NCBI GenBank assembly: GCA_965228895.1
Contig: OZ245842.1
Location: 1,856,001-1,920,000, forward strand
Direction of reading: 5' to 3'
DNA: 64,000 nucleotides
Source: Alphaproteobacteria bacterium
Lineage (GTDB): Bacteria > Pseudomonadota > Alphaproteobacteria > SP197
Notes under the pieces: model-generated
What the model was told of the DNA's origin: nothing
The model's database searches: none
The model's input: only the letters and a program-made list of their open reading frames with translations
Position numbers and translations under genes: made by a program
Part shown: piece by piece, positions 27,353 to 36,699 of the stretch
How the letters are laid out: every line of letters begins with the position of its first letter
Numbering within the stretch: the first letter of the stretch is position 1

Positions 27353-27799
27353 CTACTGCGTCACGACGTCTTTGATCACGTCCAGGATGTAGCGGGTGCC
27401 GGCGCGAATCAGGACCACATCACTACCGACGATCACGCGCTCGGTGCCCGGAAAGGGCGCTGGTAACTGGTAGACGAGATCGCCGGGCAGGGCACGCATG
27501 GCCAAGCCCGGCGGCAAGGTCCCATTGCGCTGAACCTGCTTGGCAAGACCGGGCGGCAACTGCGCGCGTTTCGCGAGGCCGGGCGGCAGGCCCTTGTTTT
27601 TGTTCTTGTTCTTTCCATGTCCACCTTGGTCGTGCGATTCCAGACCAAAGTACTCTTCGATGATGACTCGCTCGACCTCATCGAAAATGATATCGACCAC
27701 ATCGTCGTTGGAGAGACCGCTGTCCGCTCTGGCCGGATGGGTCAGGCCGGCGAGCAAGGCGCCGCTCGAAAACGATAACAGAAACGACCGCCGGTTCAT
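27353..27799 (-). CDS. Tat-exported LPPGLA-repeat (RcnB-like) protein
   Basis: MNRRSFLL Tat signal, three LPPGLA repeats and a DVVLI C-terminus; GGAGG RBS. Confidence 0.8.
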   Translation of the reverse strand: MNRRSFLLSFSSGALLAGLTHPARADSGLSNDDVVDIIFDEVERVIIEEYFGLESHDQGGHGKNKNKNKGLPPGLAKRAQLPPGLAKQVQRNGTLPPGLAMRALPGDLVYQLPAPFPGTERVIVGSDVVLIRAGTRYILDVIKDVVTQ

Positions 27800-27966
27800 G
27801 ATTTCGCCTCCTTCGCGCGCCATGGTCCACGTCCTACCACGAGGCCGCAAATTCTCCAGCCAATGACGGTTCCAGGGTGACTTCGATCACACCCATAGGG
27901 CCACCCCGCGGAGGGTCGGCCGCGATTGCGGCGAAACCGAGCGCACAGACTGAAAGGGACAGATTT

Positions 27967-27990
27967 TGCTACTTAAGATGCTACTTAAGA
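27967..27990 (+). repeat. 12-bp perfect tandem duplication at the cyclophilin start
   Basis: TGCTACTTAAGA x2. Confidence 0.8.
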
Positions 27991-28541
27991 CAGGTATAAG
28001 ACTTGCGACTCTCCTCCTGGGCGTGACGCTCTTGTTCTCGCCCGCTACCGCGGAAGATATGGAAAACATGCTCTATCTTGACCTCAAAGATGGCCGCGTG
28101 GTCATCAAGCTGCGCCCCGATCTGGCGCCCAATCATGTTGAGCGGATCAAGGAACTGACACGCCAGGGTTTTTACGACGGCGTCGTGTTCCATCGCGTCA
28201 TCGACGGTTTCATGGCCCAGACCGGCGATCCGACCGGCACCGGCATGGGTGGGTCCGGTCAAAACCTGGATGCCGAATTCTCCAGCGCGCCCCATGTACG
28301 CGGCGTCCTGTCGATGGCCCGCGCCCAGGACCCGAACAGCGCCGACAGCCAGTTCTTCATCGTGTTTGAGGATTCACGGTTCCTGGATGCCCAGTACACG
28401 GTTTGGGGCGAGGTGGTCGAAGGCATGGAGTTCGTCGACAAGATCAAACGCGGTGATCAGAACAACAACGGCTCGGTGACGGATCCGGACACGATCATCC
28501 GCATGCAAGTCGCCGCCGATGCTGACGCCGAAAGCAGCTAG
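27978..28541 (+). CDS. Cyclophilin-type peptidyl-prolyl isomerase with signal peptide
   Basis: FYDG..FHRVIDGFMAQTGDP, SMAR, SADSQFFI and YTVWGEV motifs. Confidence 0.95.
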   Translation: MLLKTGIRLATLLLGVTLLFSPATAEDMENMLYLDLKDGRVVIKLRPDLAPNHVERIKELTRQGFYDGVVFHRVIDGFMAQTGDPTGTGMGGSGQNLDAEFSSAPHVRGVLSMARAQDPNSADSQFFIVFEDSRFLDAQYTVWGEVVEGMEFVDKIKRGDQNNNGSVTDPDTIIRMQVAADADAESS

Positions 28542-28588
28542 CCGGCTGGCGTTTCGGCGCCTCGTGAACTAGACTTCGTTCAATCGTT

Positions 28589-28630
28589 GGGACCGACTTG
28601 GCGCCAGCCGGGTCGGTCCCTTGTTTTTTT
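28589..28630 (+). terminator. Intrinsic terminator directly before the FKBP gene RBS
   Basis: GGGACCGAC...GTCGGTCCC stem followed by TTGTTTTTTT, then GGAG. Confidence 0.7.
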
Positions 28631-28640
28631 GGAGTATCCC

Positions 28641-29069
28641 ATGAGCCAGGCAAAGAGCGGCGACACCGTAAAGGTCCATTACACGGGCACACTGGACGAT
28701 GGCCGCCAGTTCGACAGTTCTGTGGGTAGCGATCCACTGGAGTTCACGCTGGGCGGCCGCCAGGTTATCGCCGGCTTTGAGAGTGCGGTGACCGGTATGG
28801 CCGTCGGCGACAGCAAGACCGTCACCATCGAAGCCGACGATGCCTATGGCAGCCACAATCCAGCGATGGTGCAGACGGTTGGCCGTGACCGGTTCCCGGC
28901 CAATGTCGAGATTGCGGTCGGCATGCAGTTTCAGGCAAGCGGCGAGGGTGGTCAGCCCATGGCTGTCACCGTGGTCGAGGTGGCCGATGATCAGGTGACC
29001 GTCGATGCCAATCACGCGCTGGCCGGTCAACGCCTGACCTTCGCCTTGGAGCTTGTGGAAATCGTCTAG
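28641..29069 (+). CDS. FKBP-type peptidyl-prolyl isomerase (SlyD/SlpA-like)
   Basis: VKVHYTGTLDDG..FDSS, VIAGFE and DANHALAG..LTF motifs; no His-rich tail. Confidence 0.93.
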   Translation: MSQAKSGDTVKVHYTGTLDDGRQFDSSVGSDPLEFTLGGRQVIAGFESAVTGMAVGDSKTVTIEADDAYGSHNPAMVQTVGRDRFPANVEIAVGMQFQASGEGGQPMAVTVVEVADDQVTVDANHALAGQRLTFALELVEIV

Positions 29070-29101
29070 GGCGGGTGGGCCGCGCGGAGCGGCGCTGACC
29101 T

Positions 29102-31015
29102 CTAGTCGCTTATGCGTGCCGCGGCCGCTGGCTGGTTGACGTGGCGGACGAGATCTTCGGCCTTGTCCGCAGGCACAGGCCGCCCCAGCAGATAGCCTTG
29201 CGCGAGGTCGCAGCCGAAGGCCTCGGCCAAGACACGTTGGGCGTCGGTTTCGACACCTTCGGCGACAACGGTCATGCCGATCTTGTGGGCGAGGTCGGTG
29301 ATGGCCTGAACGATGACGCGGTTGCCGCGTTTGTTCTCCATGTCGGCGACAAAGCTGCGGTCGATCTTTAAGGCGTCGTAAGGCATGGCATGCAGGTGCC
29401 CGAGCGACGTGTAGCCAGCGCCAAAGTCATCGATCGAGATATGCAGGCCCATGGCGCGCAACGCGTCCAGGGATACAGAGGCCAGCTCAGGGTTCTCGAC
29501 CATGAAGGTCTCGGTAATCTCCAAACGCATTTTCTCAGGCGCGATGTCGTGAGTTTCAATAACGGTTCGGATGTCGTCGACCAGGTCGTTATCGGCGAAC
29601 TGGCGCGGCGAGATGTTGACGGCGACGAACAGGTCGTCGTTGATCTTCGACCATTCGGCAATATGGGCGGCCGCCTGGTTCAGCGCCCATCGGCCTAGCG
29701 GGATGATGAGATCGCTGTCTTCGGCGATCGGGATGAACTGGTCAGGTGGAATCGGGCCAAAGTCGGCGTGATGCCAGCGGGCCAGCGCCTCGAACCCGGC
29801 CAGGCGCCCGCGTCGCAGATCGAGAAGCGGCTGGTAATACAGTTCAAGCTCGTCGTTCTTTAGCGCCAGTCTCAGATCGTTGTCGATCCGCAGGCGGGTC
29901 TCCGTGCGGTCACGCATCTCCGCATCAAAAACCGCGATACCGTCATGGGACTCATAGCGCGCGCATTCCAAGGCCACCCGGGCGCCACGCAGCAATTCGT
30001 CCAGATCGGACGCTTTGCCGCTGCCAAGGATGATGCCGATGGCGGGCTGCAAAACGAACTCGCCGCTGCCAACCTGGAACGGTTCGCGCAACGACGCGTG
30101 AACGCGATCGGCAATCACGCGGCTTTCCTCCGCATCGCTGATGCCATCGAGCAGACAGGCGAAGGTGCAGCCTTGCAAATGGGCCACCGTGTCATCAGGC
30201 CGCAGCAGGTGCTCAAGGCGTCGCGCGGCGGCAATCAGGCCGTCGTCGTCGGGCCCAACCGGCAGACCGCGCTCGCTGCCGGAGCGCCCGGCAAGGTCGA
30301 CCAGGAAGATCGAAAAGAGATGGGAACGGTCGCGCACGCAGTGTCGTAGCGCCTGAAGGGCGCGATCGCGAAACAAGGTGGTGTTGGGCAGGCCGGTCGT
30401 CGGGTCGTGCAGGATGCTGTGTTCCAGCCGGCGCTCGCGCACCTTGCGTTCGGTGATATCGCGGTAGCAGATGATACGGCCGCCGTCGCTGGTCATCCGG
30501 GTCGAGACGTGGAGCCAGCGACCGGTCGGCGCCATCTCTTCGTAGTCGCAAGGTGCTGCTTGATGCAGGGCTATGCGGCGAACGGCGGCGCGCCGGTGCT
30601 CCGGAAGATCGGCCGTACCGGCTTCGGGCATGCGGATGACTTGACGCTGGCCGTCGCGCATGACGATCACGTTTGTCGGCAAAGCGCTGTACTGGGCGCC
30701 GTGGACCGCCAGTTGTTCGACGAGCTCGGTCATGGTCATGCCGATGCGTATGTCGGCGGCGGCGCTGCCAAACAGGCCGGCCAAACGCCGATTGGCGGCA
30801 ACGACCTGATCATCCCTGTCCAAAATCAGCAGACCATCGGGCAGACTGTCGATGACGTCGATCAAGGTCGCTTGCGGTGTTGCCGCCAAGACATCGACCG
30901 AATTGGCGTCGCTCAGGGCAGGGCCTAGCGGGTCGCTCGGTGTTTCGGCGCGGGCGCCGGTTGCTACGTTCTCACGGGGCATACGACTATCGATTTTGCT
31001 GCGGGCATGTCGCAT
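29102..31015 (-). CDS. PAS + degenerate GGDEF + EAL protein (c-di-GMP phosphodiesterase)
   Basis: PAS_7-like region; HDPTTGLPN; GGDEF site reads QGCTF; intact EAL, DDFGAGY, LKIDRSF, AEGVE and QGY. Confidence 0.9.
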   Translation of the reverse strand: MRHARSKIDSRMPRENVATGARAETPSDPLGPALSDANSVDVLAATPQATLIDVIDSLPDGLLILDRDDQVVAANRRLAGLFGSAAADIRIGMTMTELVEQLAVHGAQYSALPTNVIVMRDGQRQVIRMPEAGTADLPEHRRAAVRRIALHQAAPCDYEEMAPTGRWLHVSTRMTSDGGRIICYRDITERKVRERRLEHSILHDPTTGLPNTTLFRDRALQALRHCVRDRSHLFSIFLVDLAGRSGSERGLPVGPDDDGLIAAARRLEHLLRPDDTVAHLQGCTFACLLDGISDAEESRVIADRVHASLREPFQVGSGEFVLQPAIGIILGSGKASDLDELLRGARVALECARYESHDGIAVFDAEMRDRTETRLRIDNDLRLALKNDELELYYQPLLDLRRGRLAGFEALARWHHADFGPIPPDQFIPIAEDSDLIIPLGRWALNQAAAHIAEWSKINDDLFVAVNISPRQFADNDLVDDIRTVIETHDIAPEKMRLEITETFMVENPELASVSLDALRAMGLHISIDDFGAGYTSLGHLHAMPYDALKIDRSFVADMENKRGNRVIVQAITDLAHKIGMTVVAEGVETDAQRVLAEAFGCDLAQGYLLGRPVPADKAEDLVRHVNQPAAAARISD

Positions 31016-31404
31016 AGAGAGATCTAAAATGTCTGAGTTCCAACTCGAGATCGAATAGAATATCGCCTATTTATACAATATTTCATATATTTAGGAAAGC
31101 TTCTTAATATTGTCATCAAAGCTGCTGTTTTGGCGACGCTCACAACGACCTCTCACCAACGCAAGACGACTCTACCACTTTCGAGTGGTCGCGCATGGAG
31201 TCGTCCTCATCCACGCGCGCCATACGGCGCGCCGCCTGCGTCATCGGCCTTGGTCGGCCGGCATTGGCGGCATGGCGCGAGGACGCGAGGTGGCGGTTGA
31301 ACGGACACCAACTGCGTGCTGGACATCGGCGGGGGACAGGGATTTCATGCGCTCATGTGCTTCATCATCGGGGTGCAGCCCATGGCCAACGAGAGGACGT
31401 TCCC

Positions 31405-32991
31405 ATGACAGACAAGAAGGGTTTGCCGCTGACACGTCGGCAGTTCGGCAAGGGCGCCGCAGCAGCCGGCGCCGCAGCAGCAGTCGCAAGCGGTGTGCCG
31501 AGCCATGTCGAGGCAGCCGGCGATTCGCTGAGAGTACGCAACTATTCGGATATCCAGGTTCTCGATCCCGGCTACATCCTGTCGGCGCCCGAGTCCGACG
31601 TGAACCTTTGCATGCTGAATGGCCTTGTCACGTTCAAGCCGGGCGAGGATTGGGGTTGGCAGCTCGATGCCGCCGCCGAGATCAATCAGGACGACGATAC
31701 GCATATCTCGTTCACGATGAGGAACGATATCGGTTGGACCAACGGTTTCGGCGAAATGACCGCCGACGACGTCAAGTTCTCCTACGAGCGCATCGCCGAC
31801 CCGGCGATGGAATCGCCCTATTCAGAGGATTGGATTGCGCTGGACCATGTCGAGGTCAAGGACGACCGCTCCGGTGTCATCGTCCTCAAGGAGCCTTATG
31901 CGCCGTTGTGGACGACGACCCTGCCGACCGGGCGCGGCATGATTGTCAGCCGCAAGGCAGTCGAGGCACTGCCCAACCAGCGTTACGAAGCCGAACCGCC
32001 CTGCGTTTCCGGACCCTATGAGATCAAGGAGTGGGTGCCCGCCCAGAAGCTGACCCTGGGTACCGTCGACGGCTACGCCGGACCGTTCGCCAACCCGGAC
32101 TTCGCCTCGATCGAGGTCTATCCGATCACCGACGAGTCGGCCGCCGAGGTGGCGTTCCTGGCCGGCGAGCTGGATATCACGACGGTGCCGATCACCTCGC
32201 TGCCGGAGTTGGAGTCCAATCCGCCGGAAGACGGCACGCTGTTCCAGGCGCCGTCGCTGAAGTATGTCTGGATGGGCATCAACAAGGACAACGAGCAGTT
32301 CGAGGACATCCGGTTGCGCCAGGCCGTGCAGTACGCGGTCAACGTCAACCAGATCATGGAGGCCGCCTATTTCGGTCTTGCCGAGCCGGCGACCGGCATC
32401 GTACCGCCGGGCCTGGTCGGTCACCGCGACGCGCCCTTGATCGCGTTCGAGGGCGATCCCGACTATTCACGCCAGTTGCTCGAAGAAGCCGGCATGTCCG
32501 GCGGTTTCGATTGCCGCATCGATACGCTCAACAAGCAGAGCTATCTGGCGGCCTGTCAGGTTATCCAGTCGAACCTTGCCGATGTCGGCATCAATGCCGA
32601 AATCAACGTCCATGACCCCGGTGTCTGGTGGACCATGGGGGATGAGAACGCCGGCGATGACTGGAAAGAGCTGCAGATCATGTACAGCCGCTTTTCGTCC
32701 AATCCGGATCCCGGCTGGTACACCATGTGGTTCACGCCGCAGCAGGTCGGCATCTGGAACTGGGAACGGTTCAACAACACCGAGTTTGCCGATCTGCATG
32801 CCGAAGCCCTGGTCACCATGGATCCGGCCGTGCGTCAGGGCATGTATGTCGAGATGCAGGACCTGATGGAGGAGTCAGGCTGCTATCGCTTCATCACCAA
32901 CGAGCTGACGCCGACGCTCTACAGCAACGCTGTCGTGCCGGCCCTGGGTCCCGACGGACGGATGTTCTGGAAGGAGTTCAAGAAGGCGTAA
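31405..32991 (+). CDS. ABC transporter substrate-binding protein, family 5 (Tat signal)
   Basis: TRRQFGKG Tat motif; TADDVKFSYER, SGPY and RLRQAV motifs; GAGG RBS. Confidence 0.92.
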   Translation: MTDKKGLPLTRRQFGKGAAAAGAAAAVASGVPSHVEAAGDSLRVRNYSDIQVLDPGYILSAPESDVNLCMLNGLVTFKPGEDWGWQLDAAAEINQDDDTHISFTMRNDIGWTNGFGEMTADDVKFSYERIADPAMESPYSEDWIALDHVEVKDDRSGVIVLKEPYAPLWTTTLPTGRGMIVSRKAVEALPNQRYEAEPPCVSGPYEIKEWVPAQKLTLGTVDGYAGPFANPDFASIEVYPITDESAAEVAFLAGELDITTVPITSLPELESNPPEDGTLFQAPSLKYVWMGINKDNEQFEDIRLRQAVQYAVNVNQIMEAAYFGLAEPATGIVPPGLVGHRDAPLIAFEGDPDYSRQLLEEAGMSGGFDCRIDTLNKQSYLAACQVIQSNLADVGINAEINVHDPGVWWTMGDENAGDDWKELQIMYSRFSSNPDPGWYTMWFTPQQVGIWNWERFNNTEFADLHAEALVTMDPAVRQGMYVEMQDLMEESGCYRFITNELTPTLYSNAVVPALGPDGRMFWKEFKKA

Positions 32992-33020
32992 CTTGGTTCG
33001 TCTTCGACAACCACCTTAAC

Positions 33021-33062
33021 AAGAAAGGCCGGAAACCTCTCAGTTCCCGGCCTTTTTCTTTT
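33021..33062. terminator. Bidirectional intrinsic terminator
   Basis: AAGAAAGGCCGG...CCGGCCTTTTTCTTTT between convergent genes. Confidence 0.8.
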
Positions 33063-33075
33063 CCCGCGGCGAAGC

Positions 33076-34905
33076 CTAACCGATCAGCCCGCCATCGTTG
33101 CGTCTGATCGTGACAATGGTCGAACGCGGCACACGTGCGCCGCCGTCGGGGAAGTGACTGTTGCCTTTTTCGCCGGGATGCTGAATGCCGACGAACATCG
33201 TGCGACGGTCGGCACTCCAGGCAATGCCGGTAATCTCGCATTCGCGCGGGCCAACCATGAAGCGATGGATCTCACCGGTTTCTGGGTCTGCAACCAGCAT
33301 CTGATTGTTGCCCATGCCGGCAAAGTTACCCTCATTGCTGTAATTGCCGTCGGTCTGGATCCACAACAGGCCGACCGAATCGAAAGCAATGCCGTCAGGC
33401 GAACTGAACATGTTGTCAGCGTTGACGATGCCTGACCCGCGATACTCTTTGTCGTGTACCGTCGGATTGCCGCACATGACAAACAGGTCCCAGGCGAAGC
33501 CGTCAGCCGCATGGTCACCGCCATCGGGAATCCAGCGCACGATCTGGCCATAGTGATTCTCGGCGCGCGGGTTGGGGCCGCCGACCGGCGTCGCGTCGCC
33601 GCCGGCGTTCGGCTTGACACCGCGGTTCTTGTTGTTGGTCAAGGTACAGTAGACTTCGGCCTTGACCGGGTTGGCGCTGATCCACTCAGGCCTGTCCATG
33701 GTCGTCGCCCCGACGGCCGAACCGGCCTGGCGGGTCAGAATGGCGATCTCCGCGTCCGATGCCATGCCGGTTGTCTCCGGTGTCAGGGCAAGCCATGTGC
33801 CGGTGCCATCGCCGTTGAACTTGGCAACATAGAGCTGGCCGCTGTCGAGCAGGTCCGTGTTGTTGCCGCCGACGACATAGGGATTCTCGGTGATAAACCG
33901 ATAGAGGAACTCACCCCGTTCGTCGTCGCCCAGATAGACGACCGCTCGGCCGTCACCGTTGATCACCAGCTCGGCGTTCTCGTGCTTGAAACGGCCCAGT
34001 GCCGTGCGCTTTTTGGGTGTCGAGGTCGGGTTGAAGGGATCGATCTCCACGACATAACCCGCGCGGTTCGGTTCGTTGGGGTTTTTCGAGATGTCGAAGC
34101 GTTCGTCGAACCGCGCCCAGCCGTAGCGATCGTCCCTCAAGCCGACGCCATAACGATCCATTTCCGGCGTGGGCACAAAGTCAGGATCGTTCGACGCGAA
34201 CATATTGTCGAAGTTTTCCTCGCAGGTCAGATAGGTGTCCCAGGGCGTACGGCCGTTGGCGCAGTTGTTCCATGTGCCCAGCGATGTCGTCCCTGTCGGG
34301 TCGGCGGCGGTCTTCATCATATCGTGGCCGCGCGCCGGGCCCGTCAGAGTCATCGGCGTGTCGGCCGTGATGCGGCGGTTATAGGGCGAATCCAAGACGA
34401 CATGCCAGCGGCCGTTCTGCTCCGCGACTTCCATCACCGAAACACCCATGGAGGCCTTGCTCTTGCGCACGTCTTCGACGTTCTCGGGCTTAAGGGATGC
34501 GCGGTCGCCGTGAATGATGTCGACATTTGTGTATTCGTTGTTCACCACCAGGATGCTGCGTTCGCCGTCGGTGAACAGCGACATGCCATCATTGTTGTCG
34601 CCAAACGATAACTCCTGACTCGTGCTGTCGCCGCGCGTCGCCTGGTCGAACGACGCACCGTGCGACCACAAGGGATCGCCCCAACGGATCAGGACCTGCC
34701 AGTTGTAACCGTTCGGCAACGTCACGGTATCCATAGTGTTGGCCGGTACCGGCTCAAAGCCGAAGCGGCCCGCCGCCCGCGTAGACCTGGGCGACAGTGC
34801 CGTCGTTGCCATGACAAAGGCGGCTGCGCCCATGGTTGCGCCACCCAAAAGGCTGCGTCGCGACAGTGCGCGCTTTGTCAGAATCTCGAAATCCGTGGTT
34901 GCCAT
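33076..34905 (-). CDS. phoX: PhoX-family alkaline phosphatase
   Basis: SRRSLL Tat motif; NNDGM, VNNEY, NCANG.TPW.TYLTCEEN, GRFKHE, MDRPEW, SPDG and IQHPGE motifs. Confidence 0.92.
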   Translation of the reverse strand: MATTDFEILTKRALSRRSLLGGATMGAAAFVMATTALSPRSTRAAGRFGFEPVPANTMDTVTLPNGYNWQVLIRWGDPLWSHGASFDQATRGDSTSQELSFGDNNDGMSLFTDGERSILVVNNEYTNVDIIHGDRASLKPENVEDVRKSKASMGVSVMEVAEQNGRWHVVLDSPYNRRITADTPMTLTGPARGHDMMKTAADPTGTTSLGTWNNCANGRTPWDTYLTCEENFDNMFASNDPDFVPTPEMDRYGVGLRDDRYGWARFDERFDISKNPNEPNRAGYVVEIDPFNPTSTPKKRTALGRFKHENAELVINGDGRAVVYLGDDERGEFLYRFITENPYVVGGNNTDLLDSGQLYVAKFNGDGTGTWLALTPETTGMASDAEIAILTRQAGSAVGATTMDRPEWISANPVKAEVYCTLTNNKNRGVKPNAGGDATPVGGPNPRAENHYGQIVRWIPDGGDHAADGFAWDLFVMCGNPTVHDKEYRGSGIVNADNMFSSPDGIAFDSVGLLWIQTDGNYSNEGNFAGMGNNQMLVADPETGEIHRFMVGPRECEITGIAWSADRRTMFVGIQHPGEKGNSHFPDGGARVPRSTIVTIRRNDGGLIG

Positions 34906-34956
34906 CAGCCGGCTCCCGACCACGCACCATGCGGCTGCGAGACGGTGCGAGCGTCG

Positions 34957-35895
34957 CTAAAAGTCTACTTGGTCGCCGCCCTTCAGCGCCAGCATCTCGC
35001 GCGCTTCGGTGGGCGAGGCCACTTCCAGCGATAGCTCCTCAAGGATGCGCCGAATCTTCGCGACCTGGTCGGCGTTCGATTCGGCAAGCTGACCTTTGCC
35101 GATGTAGAGGCTGTCTTCGAGGCCGACCCGGACGTTGGAGCCCATCACCGCTGCCATCGTGCAGAGCGCCATCTGGTGGCGCCCGCCGGCCAGTGTCGAC
35201 CAGTAGTATTGGTCGCCGAACAAGCGGTCGGCCGTGTCTTTCATGAACACCACGTTCTGAGGGTCGGCGCCGATGCCGCCCAGAATACCGAAAATTGTCT
35301 GCAGAAAGACCGGCGGCTTGACCAGACCGCGATCGAGCAGGCTCGCCATGTTGTAGAGATGGCCGACGTCGTAACACTCAAACTCGAAGCGGGTCCCGCA
35401 CCCTTCACCAAGTTCTTTAAGAATGTACTCCATATCTCTGTAGGTATTGCGAAAAATGAAGTCCTTAGAGCCTTCGATGTGCTGGTGTTCCCAGTCGTAC
35501 TTGAACTCCTTGTAGCGGTTCAGCATGGGAAACAGGCCGAAGTTCATTGAGCCCATGTTGAAGCTGCACATTTCCGGTTTGGCCCTGAGCGGTGCGGCCA
35601 GCCGTTCTTCTGGGCTCATACCGGCGCCGCCGCCGGTCGTGATGTTCACGACGGCGTCGGTGTTCTGTTTGATCCGCGGCAGGAACTCCATGAAGACGTC
35701 GGGATCGGGCGTTGGCCGCCCGTCTTTGGGATCGCGCGCGTGGAGGTGAATGATCGCCGCGCCGGCTTCGGCGGCCGCGATCGATTCGCGCGCGATTTCG
35801 TCGGGCGTGATCGGCAGGTGGGGCGACATGGTCGGGGTATGGATCGACCCCGTGACCGCGCATGTGATGATGACTTTCTGTTGTGATTTGGCCAT
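34957..35895 (-). CDS. Beta-keto acid cleavage enzyme (BKACE/Kce, DUF849)
   Basis: IITCAVTG, IIHLHARD, NMGSMNF and RVGLED motifs. Confidence 0.93.
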   Translation of the reverse strand: MAKSQQKVIITCAVTGSIHTPTMSPHLPITPDEIARESIAAAEAGAAIIHLHARDPKDGRPTPDPDVFMEFLPRIKQNTDAVVNITTGGGAGMSPEERLAAPLRAKPEMCSFNMGSMNFGLFPMLNRYKEFKYDWEHQHIEGSKDFIFRNTYRDMEYILKELGEGCGTRFEFECYDVGHLYNMASLLDRGLVKPPVFLQTIFGILGGIGADPQNVVFMKDTADRLFGDQYYWSTLAGGRHQMALCTMAAVMGSNVRVGLEDSLYIGKGQLAESNADQVAKIRRILEELSLEVASPTEAREMLALKGGDQVDF

Positions 35896-36100
35896 GGCTT
35901 CCCCCGTGATCTCGCTCGTGTTGGCGTCGCCAATCCTAGCGGTCGTCGTGCGACCTGTCCGCCCTCATGGGACGGGAAAATTGCGGCGGCATAAACCTTG
36001 TGCTGTCGCTACCGGCGATGGGCTATGCTTCAGGCACAGGGCCCGCCGGCGGGCCGTCATGGCGGTCAGACCCGGGACTGCCTGTCAAGGGGAGGGGCAC

Positions 36101-36508
36101 ATGGACTTTGCCGCGATCAACTACATTGCTGTCGTTGTCGCGACGGTGGCGAGTTTTATCTTCGGCTCGATCTACTACATGGCCGCCGCCAAGCCCTGGC
36201 GTAACGCCATCGGCAAGACGGAAGCCGAGGTCAAGGAAAACATGAAGCCGATGCCGTTCGTCGTGGCGGTCGTCGCGCAGCTTGTCATGGCCTATACGCT
36301 GGCCGCTGTGATTATCAGCCTGGGCGAGGTGACGCCCGAGGCCGGCCTCTACGTCGGCTTCTTGATGTGGTTCGGCTTTGTCCTGACGTCGATGGCCGTC
36401 AACCACGGCTTCCAGGGCGCCAAGCGGAACCTGACCGTCATCGACGGCATCCACTGGCTTGCCGTCCTCCTGGTTCAGGGCCTGGTGATTGGCCTGTTTG
36501 GCGTCTGA
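36101..36508 (+). CDS. DUF1761 membrane protein
   Basis: INYIAVVVA..F.FGSIYY..KPW start, four TM helices, TVIDG.HW. Confidence 0.85.
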   Translation: MDFAAINYIAVVVATVASFIFGSIYYMAAAKPWRNAIGKTEAEVKENMKPMPFVVAVVAQLVMAYTLAAVIISLGEVTPEAGLYVGFLMWFGFVLTSMAVNHGFQGAKRNLTVIDGIHWLAVLLVQGLVIGLFGV

Positions 36509-36510
36509 GA

Positions 36511-36683
36511 TTCTTTGTTTGGGTGGCACCGCCAGCCCACGCCCCCGCCTCCGGGGCAAAACGCCGAGAGGCGTTTTCGCCGAGGCCACCCCTTCTTTGT
36601 TTGGGTGGCACCGCCAGCCCACGCCCCCGCCCGGCCACCCCGAGGATACTGCCATGGGTGGCCGGGCGGGGGCGTGGGCTGGC
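36511..36683. repeat. REP/MITE-like composite intergenic repeat
   Basis: 39-bp direct repeat at 36511-36549 and 36593-36631; perfect 28-bp inverted repeat 36613-36640/36656-36683; small hairpin at 36558-36577. Confidence 0.85.
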
Positions 36684-36699
36684 TATGGCCGGCACTTAG

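Noticed and set aside
27972-27987. CtrA box
   Set aside because: TTAA-N8-TTAA rather than N7; explained by the 12-bp duplication.
36511-36631. Two 39-bp direct repeats with a 43-bp spacer as a mini CRISPR array
   Set aside because: Only two units, no cas genes or AT-rich leader, and the second unit is part of a long hairpin; a REP/MITE-like element fits better.
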